Part shown: piece by piece, positions 11,536 through 20,636 of the stretch
How the letters are laid out: every line of letters begins with the position of its first letter
Numbering within the stretch: the stretch's first letter is position 1
Assembly (NCBI GenBank): GCA_965140785.1
Contig: OZ223519.1
Span: 128,001 to 192,000 of the forward strand
Direction: 5' to 3'
Length of the DNA stretch: 64,000 nt
Origin: an uncultured Ruficoccus sp.
Lineage (GTDB): Bacteria; Verrucomicrobiota; Verrucomicrobiia; Opitutales; Cerasicoccaceae
The notes under the pieces: model-generated
Told to the model about the DNA's origin: nothing
The model's input: the letters and a program-made list of their open reading frames with translations, nothing else
Databases searched by the model: none
Position numbers and translations under genes: made by a program

Positions 11536-12957
11536 ATGGATGGGGTATTTAGCCGCACTCTGGCAAAGTCTGTCAGGATTCTAGTTCTGCTGTTTCTACT
11601 TCCATTATGGGTGGAGGCCGCAGATGAGCATGTCTGGGAGGTCTGGACAAACAAAGACGGGGAGCAAATCACCGCAGAACTCGTCAAGCAGGACGGCAAC
11701 TCCGTCGAACTCCTGCGCAAGCGGGACTTGGGGCGCTATACTCTCAAATTTGACGAACTGCGTAAGGAAGATCAGGAGTACCTGAAAAAGCGTTGGGCGG
11801 CCCTGGAGAAGCGCCGCGAGGGCACCGCCGCGTTGCTGGAGAAATTCCCTTCGCCCCTGACCCGTGATATTTATCGCCGGGAGGCGAACACCTTCAGCTT
11901 CTCGGCCCCGAAAAAGGGCACCCCGCCGCACAAGACCCTGGCCGTGACTGACGACGGTTTTTACGAGCGCTATGCGCGGAATTTCCGTTTCGTCACCGTT
12001 GATACCTTTGACAGCCAGCTGGACAATATCGCCAGTCGTGTTCCCAAGGACCTCAAGCGCCAGCAGGAGAAATCCGGCGGCAGCACCCAGATGGCCCTGC
12101 AGGCGCAGTTGAACGTCGAATGGCTGAAAAAAAATCTCAAGCCCTACCTGGCGGAGTGGCGGAAGCTTCAGAAGGAAACTGAGCTGCCGAAGAAACCCGC
12201 GCCACCTCCCCAAAAGAAGCCCGCCCCCAAGCCGAAACCGAAGCCGGTAAAAGACTCCAAGCCCGAGCCCAAGCCCGCCGCGGCCCCGCCTGCCAAACAG
12301 GCCCCCGATGGCAAGGACAAGGCTCAGGAAAAGCAGGAGCCCACCAAAGCCTCCCCGAAGCAGGAAGAGAAGAAGGAAACTCCGCCTGCGAAAAAGCCAG
12401 CGGAGAAATCCAGCGGCGCCAAGGAGCCTGCCAAATCGGAAAAGGCTGCTGCTCCGGAAAAATCCGCCGACCCGAAAAAGCCCGAGCCAGCCAAAGAGAA
12501 GGCCAATGCCCAGAAGCCGGCTGCGGACAAGAAACCCGCAGAGACCCAGCCGAAGGAAGACGCTACATCGAAAGTAACCGCCAAATCGAACGAGGAAGCG
12601 AAGAAAACGGACGCGAAAACGGACGCGAAAAAGGCCGAGGAAAGCAAGAAGGCTGAGGCGACGAAGACGCAGGAGGACGCCAAGCCCCGCAATGATGCCG
12701 AGAAAAGCACGGACGCAAAAACGTCCGGGCAGCCTGCGCAGGATAAAGCCTCTGACCAGAAGAAGGAGGCCCAGAAGTCTTCCTCCGAGCAAAAGGAAAA
12801 GGATAAAGCCGACTCCGATAAAAAAGAACAAAAGGCTTCGGACGCGGATAAGCCGAAAACCGAGGAAAAGACCAAGGCTGAGGATAAAAGCCAGGATAAG
12901 AAGGGCGACTCCGCCTCGGATCAAAAGGAATCGGCGGAGAAGAAGGAAGGGGCTTGA
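11536..12957 (+). CDS. exported SHD1-like domain protein with long Lys/Glu/Asp/Ala/Pro-rich low-complexity tail
   Basis: Signal-like LVLLFLLPLWVEA, then WTNKDGEQITAELV...LRKEDQEYL (SHD1-like pattern); ~260-aa charged tail; start uncertain. Confidence 0.75.
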   Translation: MDGVFSRTLAKSVRILVLLFLLPLWVEAADEHVWEVWTNKDGEQITAELVKQDGNSVELLRKRDLGRYTLKFDELRKEDQEYLKKRWAALEKRREGTAALLEKFPSPLTRDIYRREANTFSFSAPKKGTPPHKTLAVTDDGFYERYARNFRFVTVDTFDSQLDNIASRVPKDLKRQQEKSGGSTQMALQAQLNVEWLKKNLKPYLAEWRKLQKETELPKKPAPPPQKKPAPKPKPKPVKDSKPEPKPAAAPPAKQAPDGKDKAQEKQEPTKASPKQEEKKETPPAKKPAEKSSGAKEPAKSEKAAAPEKSADPKKPEPAKEKANAQKPAADKKPAETQPKEDATSKVTAKSNEEAKKTDAKTDAKKAEESKKAEATKTQEDAKPRNDAEKSTDAKTSGQPAQDKASDQKKEAQKSSSEQKEKDKADSDKKEQKASDADKPKTEEKTKAEDKSQDKKGDSASDQKESAEKKEGA

Positions 12958-12989
12958 CCGCTTCCCCGGCGCAGGCACAGCTTGGCGAC

Positions 12990-13745
12990 ATGGATTCCGA
13001 TACGGCCAAAAAGTTTTTTCGCCAACCGGCGGTGGTGGACCACTATGCCCAGGCCGCCAACCGCGTCGGCCTGTGGCACTCCGAGGAGAAAATTTTTACC
13101 CGCCTCTTTAACTGGGACGACTCGCTGCTGGAGCTGGGTTGCGGCGCGGGCCGCATCGCCATCGGCCTGTGGGAGATCGGCTATCGCCGCATCACGGCCA
13201 TCGACTACTCCCGCGAGATGGTCACCGAGGCCCGCCGCATCAACCAGATGTTCGAATACGGCGTTTTCTTCCACCACGGCGACGCCACCGCGCTCAAGTA
13301 CGAGGACGAGACCTACGAGGGCGCGATCTTCGGCTTCAACGGCCTGATGCAGATCCCCGGCCGGGAGAACCGTCGCCGGGCTATGCGGGAAATTTACCGG
13401 GTGCTTGTGCCGGGCTCATGGTTCGTTTTTACCACGCACGATCGCGACTCCCACTGGCGCAAGTCCTTCTGGCGCGAACAGAAAAAGCTCTGGGAGCAGG
13501 GGCGTCAGCACCCGGACCTTAAGGAGTTCGGCGACCTTTTCGGCGAAGCCCCCGAGGGCGGCATGATGTTCATCCACACGCCCTCCTGCGAGGAGGTGCG
13601 CGAGGATCTCAAGAGCGCGGGCTTTCGCATCGAGGCGGACACCCTGCGCCACCAGCTCGCCAACGAGCCGCCCGTGGTGCGCGACTTCGCCGACGAGTGC
13701 CGCTTCTGGGTCGCCCAAAAACCCGAGCATAGCCCTGGACCCTAG
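12990..13745 (+). CDS. class I SAM-dependent methyltransferase
   Basis: LLELGCGAGR, IDYSREMV, GDATAL, EIYRVLVPG. Confidence 0.9.
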   Translation: MDSDTAKKFFRQPAVVDHYAQAANRVGLWHSEEKIFTRLFNWDDSLLELGCGAGRIAIGLWEIGYRRITAIDYSREMVTEARRINQMFEYGVFFHHGDATALKYEDETYEGAIFGFNGLMQIPGRENRRRAMREIYRVLVPGSWFVFTTHDRDSHWRKSFWREQKKLWEQGRQHPDLKEFGDLFGEAPEGGMMFIHTPSCEEVREDLKSAGFRIEADTLRHQLANEPPVVRDFADECRFWVAQKPEHSPGP

Positions 13746-13948
13746 ATGCTTCGCATCTGGATGGCATTTCTTGGAGAAATGCCATGGCGCATTTTTTACA
13801 CCATTAGGGTGCAAGCTCAGTTTTGATGCTTGGCTCTGCGATTACCGAAACCAGCTTTTGCTGGTTTCGGTAATCGCAGACACGATGCGCAGCATCGGAA
13901 GTGCAGCCTTTGGCTGCTGCGGGGTTTGGGGGCGCAGAGCCCCCAAAA
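13745..13948. repeat. multi-hairpin palindromic element between convergent genes
   Basis: Six consecutive hairpins, including a perfect 21-bp stem (13835-13880, TTTT loop) and terminal TTTGGGGGC-GCAGA-GCCCCCAAA. Confidence 0.75.
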
Positions 13949-13952
13949 TAAG

Positions 13953-14810
13953 CTATGCCTCGGGCAATTCCTGCGCGAGGACGGCCTCGTCCATTTCGTA
14001 GCGACCGACGTGGGTGGCGGGGCCGACCATGTTGATGGAGAAGTCCTCGCCGATGCGGATGCCGATATCGCCGCCGGGGCAGTGTACGGTGATGTCGCGG
14101 TCACAGGCGCCCATCTTGTGGGCGACGGCGGCGGCGGCGCTACTGCTGGAGCCGGAGGCGAGGGTGTAGCCCGCGCCGCGCTCCCAGATCTCGATCTTGA
14201 TGTTGTTGCGGTCGAGCACCTGGAGGAGCTGGACGTTGGTGCGGTTGGGGAAGCGGCTGGTCATGGTTTCCAGCACGGGGCCCAGTTCGCAGGCCAGCTC
14301 CTTCGTCACCTGGTCCATGGGGAGGACGACGTGCGGATTGCCGATGGTGGCGGCGTAGGTGGACCAGCTTTTGCCCTTGATCTCGACGGGCTCGTCGAGC
14401 ACTTCGCGGGGCTCGCCGGCGACGGGGATTTTCTCGCTGTGAAAGCTGACCTGCCCCATCTCGACCTCAATCGTGTCGCCGCCGTCACGGACCTGGCAGG
14501 TGACGATCCCGCCGAGCGTTTTTACGGTAAACGGCGTGCCGGCGACCCGCCCGGTATCGAAGAGATAGCGTGAAAAAATGCGCAGCCCGTTACCGCTCTT
14601 TTCGGCCTCGCTGCCGTCGGGATTGAGAATGCGCAGCCCGAAGTCCGCCTCGTCCGTCTGCTCGGGGCCGTAGAGGATGCCGTCCGAGCCGAGCCCGAAA
14701 TTGCGGTGGCAGATTTTGACGGTGTCTTCGGCGCAGGGGCACTCGGCGCTATCCTGCGGATCGAGCACCAGATAGTCGTTACCGAGGGCGTGGTATTTAG
14801 AGAAAATCAT
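13953..14810 (-). CDS. dapF: diaminopimelate epimerase
   Basis: FSKYHALGNDY, NPDGSEAEKSGNGLR, GNPH, ERGAGYTLASGS. Confidence 0.92.
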   Translation of the reverse strand: MIFSKYHALGNDYLVLDPQDSAECPCAEDTVKICHRNFGLGSDGILYGPEQTDEADFGLRILNPDGSEAEKSGNGLRIFSRYLFDTGRVAGTPFTVKTLGGIVTCQVRDGGDTIEVEMGQVSFHSEKIPVAGEPREVLDEPVEIKGKSWSTYAATIGNPHVVLPMDQVTKELACELGPVLETMTSRFPNRTNVQLLQVLDRNNIKIEIWERGAGYTLASGSSSSAAAAVAHKMGACDRDITVHCPGGDIGIRIGEDFSINMVGPATHVGRYEMDEAVLAQELPEA

Positions 14811-14974
14811 AACGGCCATTTAAGCCGCCCGGGGCCGCCCCCATCAAGCCCAATTGCGAGCCGGGCCGGTTATCGGGCCATTTATTGATAGCTCCGTATC
14901 ATTTATAGCTAATCGCGGGCACCGGGGAGCTTACGGGTTGAATTTCTCCGGGAGGCGGTCACCTTGGGGGGAGC

Positions 14975-17125
14975 ATGGCTGATTCCCCTGAAAATGCTTC
15001 CCTGTGCGGCCTGTGGGTCGATCCCGAGGGTGATATCCACCTGGCCGAGGCGGTTGCGGACGAGCCCCGGTGCGTCCGGCGTGTGCCCTTTCGACCCTTT
15101 ATGTGGACGCGGGGCGGGGCGGGGGAAGCGCTCAAGGGCGCGGGCAGCTTTGATCGGCTCCAGCGCTTCGACGAGCTGGAGGTTTACCTGGAGGCACTCA
15201 AGGAAACCCCGCGCGAGGACGTGGTGGCGATCAAGCCCTTCGAGCAGCAGTACCTGCTCGACACGCGCGCGCGGCTCTTCGGTGGGCTGCATTTCGATCA
15301 CGTGCGCCGCTGCCAGCTCGACATCGAGACGGCCTGCTCTGTGCCGGACGGCTTTCCCAGCCCCCGCCGCAAGGAGGACCGCGTGCTCGCCATCGGTCTG
15401 CGCATGAACGGCGCGGACCGCTTCCTGCAACTGGAGGAAATGACCGACAAGGCCGAGCGCGAGCTGCTCAAGTCGCTCAACACCGCCCTGGCCGAGCTCG
15501 ACCCCGACGTGATCGAGGGGCACAACATTTTCAAGTTCGACCTGGAGTACCTGCGGCGGCGCTGCCAGCGCTTCAAGGTGCCGTGCGCGTGGGGGCGCTT
15601 CGGGCAGGAGGCCGCGTGGCGCAACAGCCGCCTGCGCATCGCCGAGCGATGGATCGATTTTCCGCGCTGCGACCTGCCGGGGCGCACGGTCTTCGACACG
15701 TACCTGATGATTCAGATTTACGACGTGACCACGCGGGACCTGGCCTCGTACTCGCTCAAGGAGGTAGCCGTCCACCTGGGCATTTCCGATCCCCAGACGC
15801 GCACCTACCTGAAGGCCCGCGAGATCCAGGAGGCGTTTGCCGAAGACCGCGAAACCTTCCTCGGCTACCTGGGGGACGACCTGCGCGAGACTGCGGGCAT
15901 CGCCGCTCTGCTGCTGCCGACCTACGTGGCGCAGATCAAGAGCTTTCCCATGACCCTGCAGGAGGCCTGCCTGCGCGGCTCCGGCGGCAAGGTGGACCTG
16001 CTCTTTCTGGAAAAGTATTACCACGCCGGACAGGCCCTGCCCGAACCGCCGCCGGTGGAACGCTTCGAGGGGGCGTACTCACGCAGCTTCGTCACCGGGG
16101 TGCACCAGCACGTGCTGCACTTCGACGTGGCCTCACTCTACCCGAGCCTGCTCCTGCACATCGGGCGCAATCCCGCGGGCGACACCTTGGGTATTTTTAT
16201 CCCCATGCTGAAAACCCTGCGCGAGGAACGCCTGCGCTACAAGGCGCTTGCCCGCGAGGCCGACAGCGACGGCCTGCGCCGCGAGTACCAGGCCCGGCAG
16301 GCCAGCTATAAAATTCTCATCAACTCCTTTTACGGCTACCTGGGCTTTGGCGGGGCGCGCTTTGCCGACAGCGAACTGGCCGCCGAGGTCACCCGGCGCG
16401 GGCGCGAGCTGCTGGTCAAGCTGATCGAAGCGTTCGAACAGGAGGGCTGCACGGTGCTCGAGGCCGACACCGACGGCATCTACGTCAGCTCGGAAAAGGA
16501 CTTCGCCAACCCCGAGGGTCTGCTGGCCCGCGTGGCGGGGGACCTGCCGGTCGGTATCGATCTGGAGTACGACGGTAGCTACCCGGCCATGCTCTGCTAC
16601 AAGGCCAAGAACTACGCCCTCTACGACGGCGAAGCACTGCGCATCCGCGGCTCGGCTCTGCGCTCGCGGGGGATCGAGCCTTACCTCAAAACCCTCACCG
16701 ACCAGCTCATTCGCTACCTGCTCGGCATGGACCCGCAGCCGCCGCAGGAGCTGATCGAGACGTATCGAAAATCCATTACATCTGGCGAAATGCCGGTCGC
16801 CCAACTGGCCAAGCGCGAGTACCTCTCGATGAATCCCGAGGCGTACCAGAAGAGCGTCGAGACCTCAAAGAAGCCCCGCCGCGCCTCGCTGGAGGTAGCC
16901 CTGAAAATGGACCGGCAGCCGCGCATGGGCGAGCAGGTGGCCTACTTCCTCACCTACGGGGAGAAGAAACGCACGCCCGACTGGCAGGTGGCGCGTCCTT
17001 TGGAGGACTTCGATCCCAAGGACTGCCCCTACAACGCCGATGCTTATCTCAAGAAGCTCGACGATTGGGAGAAGCGTTACGCGGAGTTCTTGCCGAGCGC
17101 GTCCGAGCAGACGGAACTGCTTTAG
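14975..17125 (+). CDS. family B DNA polymerase (Pol II-like) with 3'-5' exonuclease domain
   Basis: Exo DIET and GHNIFKFDL; polymerase FDVASLYPS, KILINSFYGY, ADTDG, KNYA. Confidence 0.92.
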   Translation: MADSPENASLCGLWVDPEGDIHLAEAVADEPRCVRRVPFRPFMWTRGGAGEALKGAGSFDRLQRFDELEVYLEALKETPREDVVAIKPFEQQYLLDTRARLFGGLHFDHVRRCQLDIETACSVPDGFPSPRRKEDRVLAIGLRMNGADRFLQLEEMTDKAERELLKSLNTALAELDPDVIEGHNIFKFDLEYLRRRCQRFKVPCAWGRFGQEAAWRNSRLRIAERWIDFPRCDLPGRTVFDTYLMIQIYDVTTRDLASYSLKEVAVHLGISDPQTRTYLKAREIQEAFAEDRETFLGYLGDDLRETAGIAALLLPTYVAQIKSFPMTLQEACLRGSGGKVDLLFLEKYYHAGQALPEPPPVERFEGAYSRSFVTGVHQHVLHFDVASLYPSLLLHIGRNPAGDTLGIFIPMLKTLREERLRYKALAREADSDGLRREYQARQASYKILINSFYGYLGFGGARFADSELAAEVTRRGRELLVKLIEAFEQEGCTVLEADTDGIYVSSEKDFANPEGLLARVAGDLPVGIDLEYDGSYPAMLCYKAKNYALYDGEALRIRGSALRSRGIEPYLKTLTDQLIRYLLGMDPQPPQELIETYRKSITSGEMPVAQLAKREYLSMNPEAYQKSVETSKKPRRASLEVALKMDRQPRMGEQVAYFLTYGEKKRTPDWQVARPLEDFDPKDCPYNADAYLKKLDDWEKRYAEFLPSASEQTELL

Positions 17126-17243
17126 GTAAGTTTGAAGGTTTGAGAGTTTGAGTGTTGGGGAAATGGGCAAGGCTTCCATTGATCGGCGAGTCTGCGTAAC
17201 TCTCCAACTTTCAAACTCGAAACTATCAAACTCTTAAACTTAC
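17126..17243. repeat. tandem-unit inverted repeat element (GTTTGAGA, 8-nt period)
   Basis: GTAAGTTTGAAGGTTTGAGAGTTTGAGTGTT ... AACTTTCAAACTCGAAACTATCAAACTCTTAAACTTAC. Confidence 0.8.
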
Positions 17244-17773
17244 GCCGATCCGCTTGAGCGGCGGCGCTTGACCCACTCGATGATGGCGGGGTCGTTGTCC
17301 TCGTGTTCGGCCACGATGCGCAAGAACTCGGCCGGGTGGATATCGTGCTCGCGGAGAAAGGCGCGGTCGCCGCCGCAGCCGTACATGGTGTCATCGTCGA
17401 GCTTGCCGTGGAGTTTGGCCTTGGCCTTCTCAATGATGCGCGGCAGCCAGCGAATGCCGTCCACCTCGGCGTCCTTGGCGGTGTAGTTTTCATTCGGGAC
17501 CGGCTCATCGCTTTCCTTGCCGTGGAGTTTTTCCAGGAAGTAATTGCGGCGCACGTCGGCGATCATCGCGAAGGTAGCGAAGTCCGGCTCGCCCGAGTTG
17601 ACGTAATCCTCGGCGAAGTCGTAAATCTCCTGCGGCTTGATGCCGTTGGCCCGCAGCCACATCTCCTCTTCGGTCTCGAAGTAGGTCTTGGCGTTGCGCT
17701 GGCCGTCTTCGTATTGCTTGACCGCCTTTTCCCACAGGCGTTGCAGGTGTTTTTGATAGTCGTAGTGTTTCAT
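17240..17773 (-). CDS. DUF5069-like protein
   Basis: GIRWLPRIIEKAKAKLHGKL...YGCGGDRAFL; ATGA overlap with the rnr stop. Confidence 0.75.
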   Translation of the reverse strand: MKHYDYQKHLQRLWEKAVKQYEDGQRNAKTYFETEEEMWLRANGIKPQEIYDFAEDYVNSGEPDFATFAMIADVRRNYFLEKLHGKESDEPVPNENYTAKDAEVDGIRWLPRIIEKAKAKLHGKLDDDTMYGCGGDRAFLREHDIHPAEFLRIVAEHEDNDPAIIEWVKRRRSSGSA

Positions 17774-20244
17774 CGGTTGCGCTTGTTGCGGCGGGTTTTC
17801 TTCTCCTTGCCTTTGTCGTTGTCCTTACTTTTGTCGCTGTCCTTGTCTTTGCCTTTGCTTTTGTCCTTGTTCTTTTTCCTGGCGTTGGAAGGCTTGCGGG
17901 GGGATTTGAGCTTGGGCTCGGGTTTGTCCTTGGCGGTGAATTTTCCGCCTGGTCGGGTGAAGCCGAGTTCCGGGTCCTTCTCGACAATGTGGAAGTCGAT
18001 CTGGCGCTTGAAGCGGTCCACTCGCTCGACGGCGACCTGGATGTATTGGCCCAGTGAATACTTCTTGCGCCGGCGACGACCCTCCAGGGCGGTGCCGTCG
18101 TCGGTGAGGGTGTAGAGGTCGTCGCGCAGGGTGGAGATGTGCACCATGCCGAAGGCCAGGGACTGGGTCAGCTCGATGAACATGCCGTGGTTTTTGACGT
18201 CCGTGACGACCGCCTCGAAGACCGACTTGTCCTTCTTTTCCATCTCGCGCTCGAAGAACTCCAGCAGCTTGACCTTGACCGATTCGCGCTCGGCCTCGGT
18301 CGAGTTCTGCTCGGTCAGGGTGAGGTGGTCGGCGAGGCCGTCGAGGTCGCCCTTGGTGTACTTGAGCGAGACGCGGGCCGGGGCGGTGTCGAGCCCGTGC
18401 TTGGAGAGGTAGTAGTCGAAGAGCCGGTGGAGCACGAGGTCGGCGTACCGGCGGATGGGCGAGGTGAAGTGCCCGTAAAAGGTCTTGTAGAGCCCGTAGT
18501 GCCCGTCGGTCTGGGCGCGGTAGCAGGCCTGCTTGAGGCTGCGCAGGAACTGGATTTTGAGCGGGTGGTTCTGCGGATGCTCGTCGATTTTCTTGAGCAG
18601 GCGGGTGACCTCGGGGCGGTTGGTCAGGTCGCCCACGGCGATGCCGACCGTCATCATGTGATCGCGCAGCTCGTAGAGCTTGTCCGGGTCGGGTTCGTCG
18701 TGGACGCGGGAGATGAAGGGGATGCCGGCCTCAAAGAACGCCTTGGCCACGGCTTCGTTGGCCGCGAGCATGAACTCCTCGATGAGCTGGTGGCTCTCGT
18801 CGTTTCCGATGCTTTCGATGCGGTCGGCGTAGCCGTTTTCATCGACGAAGATTTTTACCTCGGGCATATCGAGGTTGAGGCTGCCCTTGGTCATGCGGGC
18901 GGTGCGCATCTTGGAGGCGATGTCCCAGAAGCGGCGGATCGTCTTCTGGATTTTGCGCATCTCGCCGTCGTCAAGCTCGGTCAAGGCGCGCCCGGTGGAG
19001 CCGGTCTGGTGGGCCGGGGGCAGCGGCGTGCCGCGGATCTCGTCGAGGTCGTCCTTTTTCAGGAAAGAGTAGGCCTGGCGGTAGGTGAGGCGCTTGCGGC
19101 TGCAGATGACGGTGTTAGCAAAGGAGGTGCCGGTGTGCTTGCCGTCGCCGTCGAAGTCGAGGAAGACGGCCTTGGTCAGGCGGTCCTCGTTTTCCACCAG
19201 CGAGCAGATGCCGTTGGAGAGGGCCTGTGGGAGCATCGGGATGACGCAGCCGACGAGATAGGTCGAGTTACCCCGTCGCTTGCCTTCCTTGTCCAGGGCG
19301 GAGCCGGGCTTGACGTAGGCGGAAACGTCGGCGATGTGAATGCCGATGCGGCAGCCGCCCTTGCCGGTTTCCTCGAACGAGAGCGCATCGTCGAAGTCCT
19401 TGGCGTCGTCCGGGTCGATCGTGAGGGTGAGCTTCTTGCGGCAGTCGAGGCGGCCCTTGATGTCGCGTTTGCGGACCTCGGAGGGGACGTTGGCCACTTC
19501 CTTGACCACCGAGTCCGGGAAGGTCGTGTCGAGCTTGTACTTGTGAAGGATGGCCTTGAACTCGGCGCCCGGTTCATGGGTCTTGCCTAAAATTTCGGTG
19601 ATAACGCCCTCGGGGTTGAGGTGACGCATCTTCCACTCGAGCAGGCGCACAACGACCTTGTCACCCTCCTTGGGCTTGGGGAAGACCTCGGCCTTTTCGG
19701 GCGGGGGCACCAGGATGTCGTGAATGATACGCGGGTCGTCCGGCACCACGTGGTGGTACATGCGGGACTGCTTGAGCGTGCCGGTCAGGGTGGGGTGGGC
19801 GCGCTGGAGCACACGGATAACGCGGGCCAGGGTCTCGCCTTCTTTGACCTGGGAGCGCCGCCCACGGCTGCGGCGGCGGCGGTCTTTTTCGTCGTGGAGG
19901 CGGACCAGGACCTTGTCCTCATGCAGCGCCACGCCGGTGTCCTCGGCCAGGATGGTAAGCGGCTCGATGGGGGGCTTACCGGGCTGGCGGTCAGGCAGCA
20001 GGAGCGCCCGGCCGCTTTGGCGGAACTTGATCGTGCCGCTGACCAGATCGGCGTCGCGGGGCTGGACGAAGCGGTCGCCCTTGACCTTGGCCACGAGGCC
20101 ATCGTCGAGGAGCTTGTGCAGCGTGCGGCGGAACTGCTTGCTCTCGCGTTTACTCAGGTCGAGGGCTTTGCCCAGGTCCTGTTGATTGAGCGGGACGTAA
20201 TCGTCGTGGCTCAGGGCATCGAGAATCTTGCGTTCAACCTCCAT
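17770..20244 (-). CDS. rnr: ribonuclease R
   Basis: TIDPDDAKDFDDALS, HIADVSAYV, LIEEFMLAANEAVA, HFTSPIRRYADL, S1 domain, basic tail. Confidence 0.95.
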   Translation of the reverse strand: MEVERKILDALSHDDYVPLNQQDLGKALDLSKRESKQFRRTLHKLLDDGLVAKVKGDRFVQPRDADLVSGTIKFRQSGRALLLPDRQPGKPPIEPLTILAEDTGVALHEDKVLVRLHDEKDRRRRSRGRRSQVKEGETLARVIRVLQRAHPTLTGTLKQSRMYHHVVPDDPRIIHDILVPPPEKAEVFPKPKEGDKVVVRLLEWKMRHLNPEGVITEILGKTHEPGAEFKAILHKYKLDTTFPDSVVKEVANVPSEVRKRDIKGRLDCRKKLTLTIDPDDAKDFDDALSFEETGKGGCRIGIHIADVSAYVKPGSALDKEGKRRGNSTYLVGCVIPMLPQALSNGICSLVENEDRLTKAVFLDFDGDGKHTGTSFANTVICSRKRLTYRQAYSFLKKDDLDEIRGTPLPPAHQTGSTGRALTELDDGEMRKIQKTIRRFWDIASKMRTARMTKGSLNLDMPEVKIFVDENGYADRIESIGNDESHQLIEEFMLAANEAVAKAFFEAGIPFISRVHDEPDPDKLYELRDHMMTVGIAVGDLTNRPEVTRLLKKIDEHPQNHPLKIQFLRSLKQACYRAQTDGHYGLYKTFYGHFTSPIRRYADLVLHRLFDYYLSKHGLDTAPARVSLKYTKGDLDGLADHLTLTEQNSTEAERESVKVKLLEFFEREMEKKDKSVFEAVVTDVKNHGMFIELTQSLAFGMVHISTLRDDLYTLTDDGTALEGRRRRKKYSLGQYIQVAVERVDRFKRQIDFHIVEKDPELGFTRPGGKFTAKDKPEPKLKSPRKPSNARKKNKDKSKGKDKDSDKSKDNDKGKEKKTRRNKRNR

Positions 20245-20371
20245 AGGGGAAACATACACCCCCGCTGTCTGCGGGAGCGAGTGGAAAAGAATAACGCCCC
20301 GTTACGGTTCCTTTTCAAGTGCGCTGCGGATTTTATCCGGGAGGAGACGATGGCACTCTCAGAAAAATCTG

Positions 20372-20608
20372 TTTTTTAACCGCAAAGACGCAAAGGGCGC
20401 AAAGCGCTGCCGCTATGTGACGAAGAATCTCCTATGGCTGTACGCGTGCGTTGAAGACGTGCGCCCAATGATACCGGTTTTCGGTTAATTAATTTCCAAG
20501 CGATACCGCAGAGAAGAATGATGATTTTAGGAAATCTTACGCCGACTAGGCTGACGTTGAAAAACAGCGCCAGCGCTTTGCGCCCTTTGCGTCTTTGCGG
20601 TTAAAAAA
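20372..20608. repeat. tandem-unit inverted repeat element (CGCAAAG x3, 9-nt period) with perfect 38-bp arms
   Basis: 20372-20409 TTTTTTAACCGCAAAGACGCAAAGGGCGCAAAGCGCTG is the exact reverse complement of 20571-20608; 161-bp interior. Confidence 0.9.
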
Positions 20609-20636
20609 ATAAAAACCGTCCGCTTGGCTTTTCCCT

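Noticed and set aside
14975..17125. Family B polymerase as a sign of a prophage or pipolin
   Set aside because: Host-like composition, housekeeping neighbours, and no integrase, primase or structural genes.
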